DNA of 50,018 nucleotides, the filler included, from Jimgerdemannia flammicorona (taxonomy: Eukaryota), in NCBI GenBank assembly GCA_003990765.1. It is 2 parts of 2 records of this genome, joined end to end, with 100 filler letters (N's around TTAATTAATTAA, not from the genome) between each part and the next. Parts side by side here need not be neighbours in the genome. Positions count along the whole stretch, not along the records: positions 25,065 to 50,018 come from RBNJ01000899.1; 1 more part is not named here. One strand, given 5' to 3'. Below the pieces are notes generated by a model that made no database searches, had not been told where the DNA came from, and was given only the letters and a program-made list of their open reading frames with translations. Below, one piece after another: positions 48,321-50,018 of the stretch. A program made the translations under genes and the position numbers. The stretch's first letter is position 1, and every line of letters begins with the position of its first letter.

Positions 48321-50018
48321 TAGATGACTATCTTTCTCCAGTAACATTCAGGTTACACAATCTTTTGGCAACACTTTCGACGCAGTTTCTGGAGACAAGC
48401 TACTAGTATCATGGCTACTGATGAGAATCCTGAGGTGTGTACTGGGCAGGGTGGCCCTGGAGTGTTTGGATGGCAGCATGTGGGGAGAGGACCTGGCTTG
48501 GGGGGAAGCATGAGGGGCCTGCTGGTGGGAGGATGTGGTGGAGGAGGAGGCAGGGCTGGAGGGCAAGGGTCTACCGGCGACAATGGAGGAATATCTGGGT
48601 TCCCGAGCTTCGCGGACAAGGTCAAGGGGAGTGGGTGGCCGACTGGTAGTAGGGCTAGTGCTGCTGAGGGGATGGGCAAGGCGAGCCTAGGGAGGGGGGG
48701 TGGTGCTCTGGCTGGGGGGGCAGGAGTAGGGGCTGGAGGAGCGGTGGCTGGGGGTGTGACTGCTGATGGGTGCGTGACGGGGAATCAGCAAAAAAAAAGA
48801 GATGTGATGGCTGATGGCCAGGTGGGGCAGGGGGTCCCGATGCAGAAGGGGGACCTGGCCGATGGTGTTACCAGGCTGGCGGTGGCACCGTTACTCAAGA
48901 AGTTGATCTCGGAGTTTGCGGTGACTCTGTGCTTCTGAGGCTTAGGGGTAATGGCAAGGATGGTCTTGGGGCTTATCTCGAAGCAGGTGGCTGGGGCAGC
49001 ATCGGTGAAATTCCTGAAGGGTCTGGAGGGAGTTGAGGTGGGCTTTGAGGAGGTGGGCCCACTGGAGGAGGCGCTGAGGGCAGGAGTGGCAGTTGGTGAG
49101 GTGGTGGTCCCCATGGTACACTGTTTGAGGTGGGACCCCAGGGTGGTGCAGCTGCTGGTGAAGGGGGTGCCCACAGTGATGAAGGAGGAGACAAGGAGGA
49201 GGGTAGAGGAGGTGATGGCAGAGTATGGAGATGTGGTGGATATTGGCTTCCAGGTGTGGGAGGGGATGACGATCAGGACTAGCGATGTGGATGTCAGGAT
49301 CCGGCTGACAGGGAGGGAGGCCATGGGGAAGACTGGTGACTGGCCCTCAGTGTTGATGTGGGGGGCCTTTATTTGTAAGGTGTCAAGGGTGAAGGGGAGT
49401 GAGGAGGAGGAGGAGGATTTGTTGGAGGTATTGGAGGAGATGAGTGGTGTGGTGGAATGGCGGGCGAAGGCCTGGAAGCTCTTTGAGGAGTCGACGCATT
49501 TGGAGATTGTGGAGGGGAAGCATATCCGTACTGACAAGAGGCAGTGGGAGAGGGCTCAGGGGTGCTTGAGGCAGAGGGAGCTCTTGGCGAGTATGACAGG
49601 AGGAGAGAAGAGGAAGGTTGATGGGGCTGAAGGGTCTGGAGGCATCAAAGCTAGTGTATGGGCTAGCGAAGGTGGAAAGGAGGCGGTGGTGCCGGAAGAA
49701 TGGGCCGCGAAGGTACTGGGCAGGGATCCTTATGCTGATGGTACTTTCGAGGTCTGGGAGGAGGAGTCAAATGGTACCCCCCCCCCACTTATTAGGAGGG
49801 GCCCGGTGGGGTGGCAAGGGGTGGCAGAAGATGTATCGATGAAGGGGGCCCAGTGGATTACCTTTGGGGTCCCAGATGTGGCGAAAGGGGGCCAGGTGGT
49901 GGCTGTCGGAGAGGATGAGTTGGTGGATGTCCCAGAGGAGGAGTGGAATGAGGATGCTAGTGTGGGTACAGATACTACGATGCTGGATGCAGGGCGGCCA
50001 GGGACCCCTGGAGGGAAG
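48320..50018 (+). mobile_element. Non-LTR (LINE) ORF1-like gene, from ATG 48411 to the window end
   Basis: One frame with a single TGA (48936-48938); VEVGFEE..HCLRWDP..LLVKGVP..MAEYGDVVDI tandem RRM-like pattern. No RT in the window. Confidence 0.55.

Overview
Repeat-rich eukaryotic DNA, most likely nuclear DNA of an early-diverging fungus (Mucoromycota; an Endogonales/Glomeromycotina-like host is my inference). The window is two pieces joined by an artificial N44-TTAATTAATTAA-N44 linker (24965-25064). CpG-retaining gene islands alternate sharply with CpG-depleted, transition-riddled transposon DNA. Left piece: (i) a disabled multi-exon NLR-like gene with the order CHAT protease, STAND/NB-ARC, degenerate small GTPase, second NB-ARC, SEL1, ankyrin; (ii) a full-length 8.7-kb Ty3/gypsy element (gag-PR-Zn motif-dUTPase-RT-RH-IN) with 1.5-kb LTRs; (iii) ankyrin, copia and gypsy relics. 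Right piece: a decayed TGA=Trp (Mollicutes-like) HIT-domain gene tail-to-tail with a Sola-like transposase, a multi-exon nuclease-fold gene, a hAT transposon, a TET/JBP-like dioxygenase pseudogene, a second family of 2-kb LTRs, an internally deleted gag-dUTPase-PR-chromodomain element, and LINE-ORF1-like fragments. Best candidate for a new system: two different dUTPase-associated LTR families each carry a 275-365 aa ORF entirely inside the LTR (U3), and the two proteins appear homologous to each other. All protein identifications come from motif reading by eye; no searches were run.
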